From the NCBI GenBank assembly GCA_010093605.1, contig MU004184.1, positions 382,801-446,800 of the forward strand: a stretch of DNA of 64,000 nt, given 5' to 3'. The notes under the pieces are model-generated. The model was not told the origin of the DNA. It ran no database searches and worked only from the letters and a program-made list of their open reading frames with translations. The stretch comes from Lophium mytilinum (Eukaryota). Position 1 is the first letter of the stretch, and each line of letters opens with the position of its first letter. Positions 50,636-62,449 of the stretch are shown here, piece after piece. The position numbers and the translations under genes were made by a program.

Positions 50636-50975
50636 CTTGATGGAACTAGGATTCAATTGTGGGGTATGGGAGCTCGCGATGTTGTCAGCGTACGCGAAGT
50701 CACTTAATAGTCTCGATGGACAGAACACTAGCTGAAAGAAGCTCAGGCCCTGTTATCACGTGCTACAACACACTAGCGCCCCAGGCCGGATGAACAACAC
50801 CACAGTTCCACTCCTCTAACTTCGAAACAAGACACAGCTCCTATCGTCTTGAACCATCAGATCTTTCATCGACTGTACCTCGCCGCCATCACCAATTCTA
50901 CACTTCAAGCCTCCTCCGACGCTTCACAATTCTTCTCCACTTCACAACCGACGGCACATCGAGCTTGTCACAAGC

Positions 50976-51398
50976 ATGGACAACTTCCAGAACGTCTTCG
51001 ACAACGCCACGGCCGCTACCACACGCCGCCAAGAGTCTAGGACTATCGTCGAGACCTTGCTCACCCTACATCGGACGCGGGGTGCTCGAGCCGCCAGTCG
51101 ACGCCTCCAGGACGCCATCGGAGGTGCTGAAATTCGTCAACAACTTGCCCAAGACGTCGAAAAACAACTGCATGCCGCGATGGAACAACATATCAGCAAC
51201 CAAGACGCAGAGCGCCGCGCCCTCGAAACGAAGATCCGTGTGCTTGAGCACGTAGGCCGCCAAAGAGACATCGCCCTTGGGGCTCTGCAGCGGACTTGCG
51301 AGGCAAAGATCGTTGAAATCGCCACTTTGGAACGTATCCTTCGCCACAAGGACCGGACCATCGACGGGTTGAAGGGGATCATTCAGGACCAAGGCTAG
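50976..51398 (+). CDS. Hypothetical coiled-coil protein, 140 aa
   Basis: Uninterrupted ORF, AGCATGG start context after a CT-rich leader, heptad-like L/I/E/R/Q pattern. Confidence 0.7.
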   Translation: MDNFQNVFDNATAATTRRQESRTIVETLLTLHRTRGARAASRRLQDAIGGAEIRQQLAQDVEKQLHAAMEQHISNQDAERRALETKIRVLEHVGRQRDIALGALQRTCEAKIVEIATLERILRHKDRTIDGLKGIIQDQG

Positions 51399-52256
51399 GA
51401 AGAGGCTTGGGGGAAGTATGGGCGATGGAGGGAAAGAAGAAGTTACATCATGGAGCGGAATGGTTGAGTTGATGGGAGTCTCTCGCCCTACGAAATGCTA
51501 TTCCTGAGGCGTTTCTTGTTCTTTCCTGGCTTACTACCGACGCCTTAATACAATGAAAGAACCACCCCGTGGCCTGCTCCCCCCCTTATTCTTACCTATG
51601 TTTCTGTGATGGGTGAGCGCTTTGAAACGCATACATTGTTAAGCAAGTTTTCTTCTTCCTTACCGCTGCTTGAGGTATCTTGACGCCTTCACAATCCTCA
51701 AGGAGGAAGCCTCTATAGCCACACTTTAAGTCTAAAGGTCTACAAAAGGCAGGCGACACAAGTGTTCTAATCCGATTACAGCTGCCTTGCTGTGCTGTAT
51801 AGAGCCTGACCTGCATCATCTATTCTCTTGACATACCACCGTCAGGAGCACTCCAAAGCTTTCCAAATTCCCGAAAGATATGCCACGACCCTCGGAGTAC
51901 AATCAGGAAACAAGTTTTTCGACGTCCGCTTTCAATGTCAGAACGGAAGCTTATTGCCTCCTGCTTGCATTGGGGGATTGAGATAAATAGATCGTGTCTC
52001 TATCCTCTTGGGAGCTTCAGAGCACTTCTCACACCATCAACTACAGAGCAGAATTCACTACAAACTGACGTTGTTAGCACACCCTTGCGATTTTCGCCAC
52101 CTGAATGCTCCAATTCACCTCCACGATCCAAATCTACAAGGCCTTTCTAGTCTACTGCCTGCCTACTTAAAGCACAAAACCACCCTCGAGCTTTTCTAAA
52201 ATCCAACAACCACATCCTCCCACCACCTACCTTCACATCAACACACCACACCAACA

Positions 52257-53249
52257 ATGCCGTTCCCTGACCAAATTCTCAACATATTCTCCAGCCCTAG
52301 CAGGCGTTCAACGTAAGTCGACTTCCACACAGACGCACTTTGCATTAACGCTTACAAAACCAGGACCCCCCAGACACCACAAGTACCCAAGACGCCCAAG
52401 TCGACACGGGCCGCTCCATCCATGTCGACACAATCCATTGTCGCCGTAATCCACACTGGACCCGAAGCAGCGCTCAACCAATCTCTTCTACGCCAGTCAA
52501 ACGCCACCTCCCCATCCAAATCAGCACTGGCAATCACCATCCCAACCGCCATTGCGCCAGAGACACCGATCAACACCCCCTCTCAGCAGCAGGCATTCTC
52601 TGCCACTCTCACCACTCCTCGGACCGGAACCAAGCGCAAGCGGGTCGATTCTACCGCCTCTCCTGGCCCTGAGAAGAAGTATGCACGCAAGTTCATCTTC
52701 CACAAGGCCAAAATCCTCGAGCTCCCCGAAAAGGACGAGTTCAGCGATGTCGAGATCAAGGCTATGGTTGAAGCTATCCGTCACAACGAGGGCATCATGA
52801 AGAAGTGGAAGGAGGGTATGATCAAGCATATCGATACCCATGAGCGAGCGCTCGCGATTCAGACTAGGATTGCGGAATGCATGGAGAAGAAGAATCTTGC
52901 GCAGGAGCATTATATCAAGGTTGAGCTGAAGTCGATGAAGGAGGCGAAAGTGTGGATGAAGGAGGAGCTTGCGAGCAAGAAGAGGGAGATTGCGAGGAAG
53001 AACCGGGAATTGGATGAGGCCGAGGAGAGGATCCAGGAGCTAGAGATGAGGCTAGAGCTGGAGAAGAAGAAGGGTAGGGAGGAAGACGACGACGAGGTGG
53101 AGGAGGAGGCGATGTACGAGACGGAGACGGACAATGAGGGTGTGAACGAGGATGAGGGAAAGAAGCAGCAGGGCGACGTGGCATTCCACAAAGAGAGTAT
53201 ACCAACGGAGGTCAATATGAAGGTCAATTATGGCTGCGGAAAGTTTTGA
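52257..53249 (+). CDS. Hypothetical protein, 313 aa, 2 exons (52257-52312, 52364-53249); S/T/P-rich N-terminus, KRKR NLS-like motif, coiled coil, acidic tail
   Basis: ACAATG start; the GTAAGT..ATTAAC..CAG intron joins in frame to ORF 52422-53249; AAG/GAG-biased codons. Confidence 0.8.
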
Positions 53250-53874
53250 TCCTACTGTTACGGTAATCTTGTCCAATGCTGGGCATCCAGCATGTAGAGC
53301 CTCCCCGCTGAAATAGCTAGATTTTGGAGGGGGGCCTAAATAACGAATTCCATTCTCATCTGCAACTGCAACATCACGAACCAGGCCAGAGATCTATACT
53401 CCAGTAGGTTGAATTCACGGCTTCCTGATCCCGCTAGATACCGCTGTCAGGAGCATCCTGGTGACTGAATTGCTAGCCAGTCAAGAGGCAGCTCAGATTC
53501 TGCGGTCTGGAACTTGACATCGCTTTCGGATTATCAACAATCTATGGAGGCACCTCTAACAGTGGCAGAATAGTGTGCAGAATCCTATGCCTGGTCAGTA
53601 TAAGAACTGATTTCAGAGCAAGACGAGCTAGCGAATGGCATCTACAGCTAAATTGCCTCCATCTCTCTTACACTCTACTTTCTTATACCACTACTGGGGG
53701 TGTCCTCGGTAGGTAGCCAATCACGCATCAGTCAAGGTGGTCTGTGCTGATATTGACTTAATTTAACTTCACTGTCTCCGTCACACCTTCAAACCTCGCA
53801 CACGACAGACCCGACGAAATTCACGTCTAATTCCCACTGCAAAAACGCACATAAACCACACCACATCTCAAATC

Positions 53875-54431
53875 ATGTCGAGCAGCACTGGCACTGGCAA
53901 GCCTATGGAGGAGCACCTGGCGGCGGCGGCGGGAGAGCAGCTGCAGGCCGAAGGTAGGCAAATTTCAAGCCTGCTGAGTTTGACTGGCGCTGACGCATGC
54001 TTATAGACAACGCCCATGCCTTGGCGGGCTGGATGGAGGGGCTGGCGCTGAGGCCGAAAGAGCCTCCAAAGCCGCGCAAGCTGAAGGTAATCACGCGTCG
54101 TACCCTCCTTGACGTAGCTGGCGCTGACGCGGTGTCATAGACAATGGCGAAGACAAGGGTGGTCCTGCGCGGGGCACGCTTCCGGCCGAGAGAGGAGAGA
54201 GAAGAGAAGAAGGCCGAGGAGGAGAAGAAGGAGAAAGGGGAGAAGAAGGAGCCGAAGAGGGGACGCTACGGGGAGAAGAAGAGACGCGCACTAAAGCTGC
54301 ACCGCCGCAACGAGGCCCAGAGGAAGAGAGAAGAAGGGGAAGAAGGACAAGAAAGAGGTGAAGACCAAGAAGGACAAGAAGGAAAAGAAGCAACCGCGGT
54401 CGTGGAGAAGGGGGCCAAGCTTTCGAACTAA
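53875..54431 (+). CDS. K/E-rich hypothetical protein, 3 exons (53875-53953, 54007-54086, 54141-54431); possible late frameshift
   Basis: Two GT..GCTGAC..TAG introns keep the frame into ORF 54144-54431. The alternative frame to 54543 (KKDKKEKKQPRSW...) may be the original C-terminus. Confidence 0.7.
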
Positions 54432-55099
54432 GTTGTGGGTGCTGGGGGAAGTTTGGCACGTGGAGGCCCCGAGTCAGGTGCAAGTTTGTACAATAGATGA
54501 TGATAAGTGGCCCCTCGGGGTCCTTCCTCGTGGCGGAATGTAGTCACTTTCTTTTCCGAATCCGTGCCATTTGGCGACATGCTTTGTGACGATGTTAGTA
54601 CATGAGACCCCTAAATAGGTGGTTCTCAATATAATAGATGGTAGTTAAGGGCCCCTCTAGGCATTCAAGGGCCCCTCTAGGCACTCCTTGTAACGAATTA
54701 TAATATTTTTCTTCTAAGTTCGTGCCACGCATTGTGTTTGTTTTAGGACGCAATAGTCCCACGTTAGTCGCAATTTGTAGAATATGTACCAATTACTAGC
54801 CTCTTAGGGTCCTTATGCCCTGCTATTTGTGGATGCTTTCCCCCTAAATGTACGCTATTCATGCCAGGCGCTGTAATGATTTAACAGCGTAATGCCAACA
54901 CGTTCTGTTGGATTATGTACCTTTTTTAACGAGACAAAAGCCGTCCGAGGCACATAGAGTTACAAGTTGCAGTCACGTTTCTGCTCAAACTTCTTCCAAA
55001 TCGTGATACGCGCTGTGGTGGTTCTTGTGCTAAGATTCACGATATCCAACTTCAGCGGGCTTGCACCGAATATCTCGGCTTGATTAAGTGCTTCTTGAC

Positions 55100-55615
55100 T
55101 TCTTCTTGCCGCCGTCTGACTGACTTCATGACCTCAAGTTCAATTTGTGCAGAATGTAAAGTTCGAGAAGGTGTTATTAGAAGCGAAGCATTTTCACAGC
55201 ATGTTGACGCCGTCTGACTGACTTTGTGGCCTCATGATTAATCCGCAGGCAATGTCATGTTTGACAGGGTTCAATTCGGCCCGAATAATCCATACAGCAT
55301 GTTGACGCCGTCTGACTGACTTTAAAGCCTCATAGTCAATTCGTATATGATGTAATAATTGGGGAGGTTCAATATAGAACGAATAGATCATACGCCATCT
55401 TGTCACCATCTGACTGACTTCATAGCTTCATATATAATCCATATACGATGTAATGTTTCACGAGGTTCAACTCGGAGCTACTATTCACATGCCATCTTGA
55501 CGCCGTCTGACTAACTTCATGGTCCCATAATCAATTCGTATGCGATGTAATGTTCCGCAAGGTTCAATTCACATCGAACAATTCACCCGCTATCTTGACG
55601 CCGTCAGAGTGGCCT
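55100..55615. repeat. Diverged 98-bp tandem array with six core motifs
   Basis: Core (TTGAC)GCCGTCTGACTGACTT at 55111, 55209, 55307, 55405, 55502 and 55600. Confidence 0.92.
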
Positions 55616-58600
55616 CAAGGCACAGCACATGTCCGAAACGAGACGTAAACGTTCACCGAACGTAATACGGCCTCTGAATTTGATGATCGGATACCTCAAG
55701 CAAAGTTGGAACCGGCTTCAGACGAGCGCAATGGTGCTGTTGTGCTGCGTGTATCCATAATGCCCTTGGCCGCCTCAGAACCATTCAACGAGTCTGAATC
55801 GTGAATGTAAAGGCCCAGACATCGTAATCTAGACTCATGTTTTTTCGTTATGTAGATTGGACCTGCTCTACTGCCCGGGCATTATGAGAGCTTGGGTGCG
55901 TTGACTTTGAGGACAACGATAGGTCTTCCAGACGCCCCCGCTACTCCATCTTGTTTCAGAATACTATAGCATAAGCCTGGGCACACAGATTTATAACGGA
56001 TGGGCTCTAATACTGCTCACTCGACGCCACTGTAGGGAGAAGCCTGGCTACTCAGTATCTAGACGGTTAAGAGGTGGCCTAATATGCACCGCCAGGTAGG
56101 CTTTGATTCACGGCGGCGGCGACTATGTGGTCTCTGGCTTGCAATCCCTGGAAGCTTTCTCTCCTTGTAGAGAAAAGCATAGACTTCTCAGAACGGCGAT
56201 GGCGCAGGGGGAAGTGGTGAGGATGCTGGTCGCCGTCGCGTCTCGTCGCGTTTTCGGCTTGACGCGTCCCACCAGCCCGCACGATCGTCCAAACAAGGGC
56301 CGTGTCTTGCGAAGACCATATGGAGCTTCTATATCATTCTCTTTCCGTTCTCGCTGCTATCAATTCGGGGGTGTGGGGCAAACAACACTGGTGCTTACAC
56401 AAAGTTGATCACTGTCCGCGCCACCTCAACACCATCACGAAAACAGTCAAGAAGTGAATCGGGGAAGTAAAATAGCAACACGGATACTGCATAACGGTTT
56501 CTACAGACACTCCCGTTGGGAAAAGCAAACGGCGCCTCTTCGACTAAGTGACAACATGATCCAGGCCGACACACACAAGCTCCCAACATGGCGTTAAAGT
56601 CATCACGATGCAAAGGCAAGACATCACAGCACCAGAAATGCGGAGAACAAGAAGCTGATTGATTGATTGATCGTTTCTTCTTCAAGGTCCCGCACAAGGC
56701 GAGAGGCTCAATGAAAAAATGGGTGACTAGGTCACAAGAGAGTTCATTGAAGGTGATCTGCCCATCCGAAGACAAGCCATCGACCTCCGCTGAAGCTGAA
56801 GACTCCGAAGAGACTTTGAAGATAGGCCGCCCCAAGAGAGAGAAGAAGATCCGGTCCAGTAGGAGGAAGAAAAGATGGAAGAAGTTTGTCGAAGTCGCCA
56901 TCACCGTCGCCGTCGCCTTTACCTTGCCGTGCGGAAACAGAAAACACTGGGAGGAGTGACGTACCTGCGCTAAAGAGTCGAGAGAGTCGAATGGATGGGC
57001 GGTCTGGCATGCCCTCCATACCCAGAGCCACGAGAGAAGACCATGATTCGAGAGGGTGTAAAAGTATCTTGTCGACGAAGAGTGTCCTGAAATTGAAGAG
57101 GAGTGATGTAGGAGTGAAAAGGTCGAGGGGCGGGCGGGTTGATATACTGGAGAATATTTGGAAGTCTTGGCGCTGACTCATCAGCGCTAGACCGTTTAAT
57201 CAGACCCGTTTTAACGAGGACTGGGGGTGGCCGCTCCAGGCAACAGGAGCAGCCTGCTTCACCTGCCATGGAAGCTTCCAGATCACAGGAGGGGTTCCGC
57301 TCCAGCTGGCCGCGCCGCGATACGCGAGGGCCGCCGCCGCCAAGCCTGTGATCCCGACTGGCACTCCCACGACAGCCAGCCTGATGCCCGCCTACTGTAA
57401 TACTGAGTGTCTGACATGTGATAGAAGGCCTCAGTGACTAGCTTTATAGCATGTGTTAATAGAGAGTCTCGTCTCGCGTCGGTCTGGGGATATCTTCAAT
57501 TTTACTATGGAGCAGCAACTTTGCTAAGTAACTTTAAGTAGCTTCCCGGAGCTTGACGCATTACCGGTGCAACCTTCGTGTATAGTGTCATATAGCAGAG
57601 CGTAATCATGTCTTTGTAAATGATGCCTCGCGCTTGGGGAAGTTTATTGTGTGTGTACCACCAGGTTCCGACAAGTTGTTCACCAACGTTGATTTCCATA
57701 ACTTGGCTACAGGCACGAGAACAGATCGTCCTGCTATAAATGCGGTAAAGGGGAAGTACTTCGATTTCAGGTCTTGAAGCCTAGAGAATGGGGTATATTG
57801 ATTTAGTCTTAGCAATATAAAGAACACATTATGATAGCTAAAAAATACAAGGTTATCAGGGAATAGCGAGTATCGGGGGCCAACAAATGCTTTATGACAG
57901 AAACAATACTTTAGAATACCACAGGAGATTTTTCTGGCCGTTTCGAGGACGCTATGTGGTCTTTTGGTATCGTGTGCGGTGATGCCAGGGCCAAGATGGT
58001 GGCCGAAACCGAGGTCTCAGGGACGCCACCACAGCTCGACTTCAGGGCCTTGCAACGCAACGATGAGGATGCCAAGTCTATATAAAATGACTTTGGAACA
58101 TCTGTCTTGCGATTGGAAAAGAGCAAGAGTATATCCTGCTCAGTGACTGACGCCGCTGCCCATCGCTGCCTGGCATGCGTACGCAACGATTGACTAAACC
58201 CCCCGGTTTTGGGACGCAAGGTTGTTACATCGAGAGCCTCAAGAACTCAAGGAGATACTGCAGTCTTTCTCTTCCTGGCCTACAGATATTCCTTAAGCTA
58301 TTTCTTCCCAGTGACGGACGCCGCTATTCCATCTCCGCCAGTCTCGTCCGCCGAGAGGTTGTCAAAGCTCTCAACACCATCCTCAAGCATCGTAACGCCA
58401 AGTCCGAACCTAACTTAACGCCTTACCAGCCCTACAAATCATGCCGCTGCAAATTTATTTATGGATTAGTGCTGCCCAGCGACGAACGATGCTGCCCCAA
58501 TCGCTGCCTCCGCCACCTGAGATTAGGTTCGGTGCTCAGGGCCGAGCCAAACTCTCAACACCACAGCTACCAAGCACCACAAGGACCACTCAGAGACAAC

Positions 58601-59027
58601 CTGAAGCTCGATCTATACCCCTACTGTGCAGGAAGAGGTGAGACAGATTTGCGCCTGGTCAGTGGCGGTTCGCAATCTCGACACCACGGTCTCAACACCA
58701 TGACGTCAAGAGGGCACGCTGAGGATGAGAATCCCTTCCAGAATATCTCGCCCACTCTCCTTTGTACAAGTAACTAAGCTGACCGACCAACTGCTCAGTG
58801 ACGAACAGCACTTCGTGCTCCACTCAGCCTCCGTCCCTCAGGGCAAGCTTGAATTCTCAATACCACAGAACCAGTTTGATCTTTGGCGTACCACGCACCC
58901 CAAAGACACGTTTCTCAATGCACCCCCTGCTCACTACCGGAATGGACGTCTCCCTCCCGATTCTCACGCGAGTCGCCAACCTCATACAACTACATCACGA
59001 ACCGCCTCCACACAACGATCTCCCCTC

Positions 59028-59297
59028 CTAAACCTCTTCACCTGGGACATCCTTCTCGCCAAGCTGAGAGTCCGCCTCATACCACAATGGCAGCCCGGGC
59101 TCCTCATCCTCTTCTTCGTCACAGAGGAACGGCCACCCGAATATCGAGACCAGCGCGGCCAACGCGGTGATAACCCCGTATTCTCCGCCCATCTCCGACG
59201 CGAGGATGAGAATTAAGATGACACCGCCGATGCCTAAGACTGCGGCAACGAGTGTAAGGATAAAGGTCCGCATTGTTGTATTGATAGTCCTTTGCAT
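59028..59297 (-). CDS. Small putative two-TM membrane protein with acidic tail
   Basis: FILTLVAAVLGIGGVILILILA and GVITALAALVSIFGWPFL hydrophobic segments, then DEEEDEE. Confidence 0.45.
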   Translation of the reverse strand: MQRTINTTMRTFILTLVAAVLGIGGVILILILASEMGGEYGVITALAALVSIFGWPFLCDEEEDEEPGLPLWYEADSQLGEKDVPGEEV

Positions 59298-60409
59298 GGG
59301 ATCTCGAGACTGAAAAACTGGATATCAAGGTGGCCTACGTTGAAGCAGGAAGAGGGCGGAGGGACGGTCTTAGGATACTTGTGGGTTGTTGAGGTGGTGT
59401 GTGCGATGAGTGTTGTGGTGACAGGAAAGTAGTGGGTATGAATGGAGCTGATAGGCGGATAGAAGGTTGGTTCCGAGGAGTTGAGGAAGAGGGTAAGGTT
59501 TGCCCTTCGCTATGAATCTGATTCACCTGAATCAAGATTGCTTCCCTTTTCCTTGTACGGGGTCAATTCACATAGATGAGAGCCGGGGTCTAGAAGACAA
59601 TGGAGTGACTAGTGGATTGGTAGGCCTACGAAACAGATTGAAATGTTCAAACAAGATTGAAAGCCAAGCAAGAGAAAAGGAGAATGCCTTTACTAAAGCT
59701 GTTAGTATGCAATGAAGAGGTTTAGGCGCTCCCACAACGACCTACACCGAGAGTTAGGCACTGTTTGTGAGATATCGACGAAGCTTTGACATACTTAAGG
59801 ACGTTGAAGACGCCGTGCATGCATGTCAGTCATCTTTCTCGGAGCCCACCCTACCTTAGACTGAGCGTGCACTGCTTATTCCCAGTGACGACCCCCCTTG
59901 TCATCATTCTGCCAGACATGCTGTATCCGAAGTGATAGAACAAAGCGCGTCTCTACTCCAATGCTTAAATGAAATATCGTACGTCGATCTAGAAAGGGTC
60001 GGGTCTCGATGACTGACAGACAGTGCGAAGAGGCAGGACTGAACGTGATCTTCGCAACCTTCCATAAGGCATTTCACTCGTACATGAAACCCCGCCCGAG
60101 TTCTGAAACGCTTAGTTCCGTTTCTACGTTCAAGACGAGTATTGGTAAACTTTAAGGATAAGAGCAACTTTGGTAAGACGTGCTGTGCCTTGTGCTCAGT
60201 AGTCCGATACCGCCGCCCTAGTAGATGTGCCTAGGAAGAACAGCTTGTCCCTCCGTAGCTATACTCCGCTGAGTCTACGATTTCGATGTTGTCGCGATTG
60301 AATCACGATGTGAAACCTCGCCCGAGAGAATTTGACACTTTTCAGACTTTCAGCCCAATCGAGATCGGTCATGCAGCCGTTCTCGATCTGTATTTCTTGT
60401 GAAGGCGCA

Positions 60410-61137
60410 TCATATAGATGTATGAAAAGATAGATATCTACCGCGAGCAGTGACAAAGAAGAACCAGGAAGGACTTTGAAGAGTCACATCCCTCAAAGAG
60501 TGAAGATGCAAATGCGATCGTCTCCTCATAGCCTTTGACCCACCGAGCTCCTTCCCCCGAACCCATTCGTAGTGCTTGAATGACACCGAGCCGTCGGTGT
60601 CTCGCCAACATCTTTGGCCTCGACACCACGAGTGATCCCAGCGGAGACGAATGGTCGATCTCCAATACTCTAAGCAGGTCGCTGTGGGCTGATCATGGAA
60701 GTTCTGCTCGTAAAGTAACTTCTTTTCTAACCCCTCCTCGTCTTCCTTCGCGGGCAGCTTCGCCAGCATTTTGCCAGTTTTACTCAAATTCGGGGCGCAA
60801 AACTTGATTCCACTGACTATTCGCTTTTCTTCCTTGGACTGGCACAAATCAAGCCGTCCCGGAGCCGCACTCGAAGAAAGGCGCTATGTGAGACTGCACG
60901 CCCGGTTGCGAATGCGCGTCTGATCTTTATAACCTGCAGTGTCGTAAGCGTGAACGACACCTCGCTCGCTCCCTTCCCAACCTTGCTCGGACTTAGTCGA
61001 TACACAAACCCTGTGAATACAAGAAGTGAATCGACGATCCGTAGTGTCCCTATGGGGAGTGGTTTTGGAGATAGTTGAAGCCTCAGAGGCTGCGGAATGT
61101 CTTCTTCATCCTTTTGATTCCAAGTAAAGGCAACCAA
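60410..61137 (-). pseudogene. Disrupted lineage-specific gene, possible family B copy 2
   Basis: Overlapping frameshifted ORFs 60817-61137 and 60410-60847; weak similarity to 21016-21453. Confidence 0.35.
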
Positions 61138-61513
61138 ACATTAATCTTGTTGAAGCATACGTACGAGAGAAACCACGAAGGAACTTCTATTGCCAGAGCC
61201 TTACTGTACCAGGACAACCACACACCTTGAATCATTGTGTTCCAAGTCACCTTCACGCGCCGGCCACGCGCTGGCTCTGTAAGATTTCTTTCGCATTTCT
61301 TCGCTCATCTTGCCCTCCACATTTGTGTCCCTCCCGCTTCCTCTGACAAGCTTCGGCCGAACGTGGATGAATTCAATTCTGGGGAATGGTGTCAGTGTGG
61401 CCGCAGTTGTGGGATGAGGTGGACCGATACGTACAACCTTGAAGTCCCAAGGGCAACTTCCTCCTTATTGTCCTTGTCTACCATCTCAACCTCCATCGTT
61501 TCGATGCGTTGAG

Positions 61514-62035
61514 TCAGCTTGTCGAGATGTGCCTCCATATTCTCCACGGTCGGTTCTTTGTCCCCATCTCAGCCTGGACCTTGCCACTCTTGTTCTCTTT
61601 TTTGAACTGATCTGAAAGCTCATCCGCGATCTCCATGCGCTCCTTCAATTCTCTGTTTTTAATGTCCGTCTCATCTTCGTTGACAACCTTCTCGTTGACT
61701 TTTTCTTTTCTTAACTTCTTCGTGACCCTCTCGCGCTGTTCCTCCACGAGAGCGACCTGGTGCTCCTTGAACCTCTTGTCTAGCTCATCCACAACCTGCA
61801 TGCGCTTTTTTAACTCCTTGTTATTTATCTCCTTCTCGCCTTCGTTGACAAGCTTCTCGAGGTTTTTCTCAAATCTGATCGCGGTTTCCTGGCGCTGTTC
61901 CTCACGAGAGCGGCTTGGTGCTCTTTGCCCAAGTCCCATCAGGTTCTGGAGCAATTCTCTTGACTTGGGGCCGGCGTCCTGGGGTCCAGAAGAAGGACGC
62001 CCGCCAGCCATGATCCTTCCGTTAATTCCTGGCAT
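61514..62035 (-). CDS. Charged coiled-coil ORF with an internal ~33-aa duplication (may be the 3' part of a larger broken gene)
   Basis: EKLVNEGEKEINNKELKKRMQVVDELDKRFKE versus EKVVNEDETDIKNRELKERMEIADELSDQFKK. Confidence 0.55.
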   Translation of the reverse strand: MPGINGRIMAGGRPSSGPQDAGPKSRELLQNLMGLGQRAPSRSREEQRQETAIRFEKNLEKLVNEGEKEINNKELKKRMQVVDELDKRFKEHQVALVEEQRERVTKKLRKEKVNEKVVNEDETDIKNRELKERMEIADELSDQFKKENKSGKVQAEMGTKNRPWRIWRHISTS

Positions 62036-62449
62036 TTAAACAGTGGCTGATTCCTAGCTAGGGCTTTCGGGCATGGAAGCGCTTGTAGGGGAGGCGACGA
62101 GTCGTTTGGAACCATGTATCTGCTTGATACGCGATTGCTAGGAACGAAGGCCCTTGGTTTATTATTAGCAATGCGGTCACCATGATCAGGCATTGATATC
62201 GTACCTTCGTCTTCCATCTTCTCGAACTGCCCATGCAAGACGTTTCATCTTTACTCTTGGTACATGAGGCACCCTCTAGCCTATGGGCGGTGTAGGTTAT
62301 GACAAACAGGGAGAAAAACCCTGACATGGCTTCGCGGAAAACTGTGCCTGGAACCGCGTCCAGACATGATCAAGCGTAGGGAGGCGATGCGAGTTACTAG
62401 AAGCGGACGCAGGTGGAATATTCTAGGTCGGTTTGATCTTGGAAACGAG

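Noticed and set aside
51735..51760. U5 loop-I-like GCCTTTT on the minus strand
   Set aside because: Followed by GTAG rather than AC, with no supporting stem or Sm site; no U1, U2, U4 or U5 genes recognised.
55100..55615. CRISPR array
   Set aside because: Eukaryotic context, no cas genes, and the inter-core sequences are homologous to one another rather than unique spacers.
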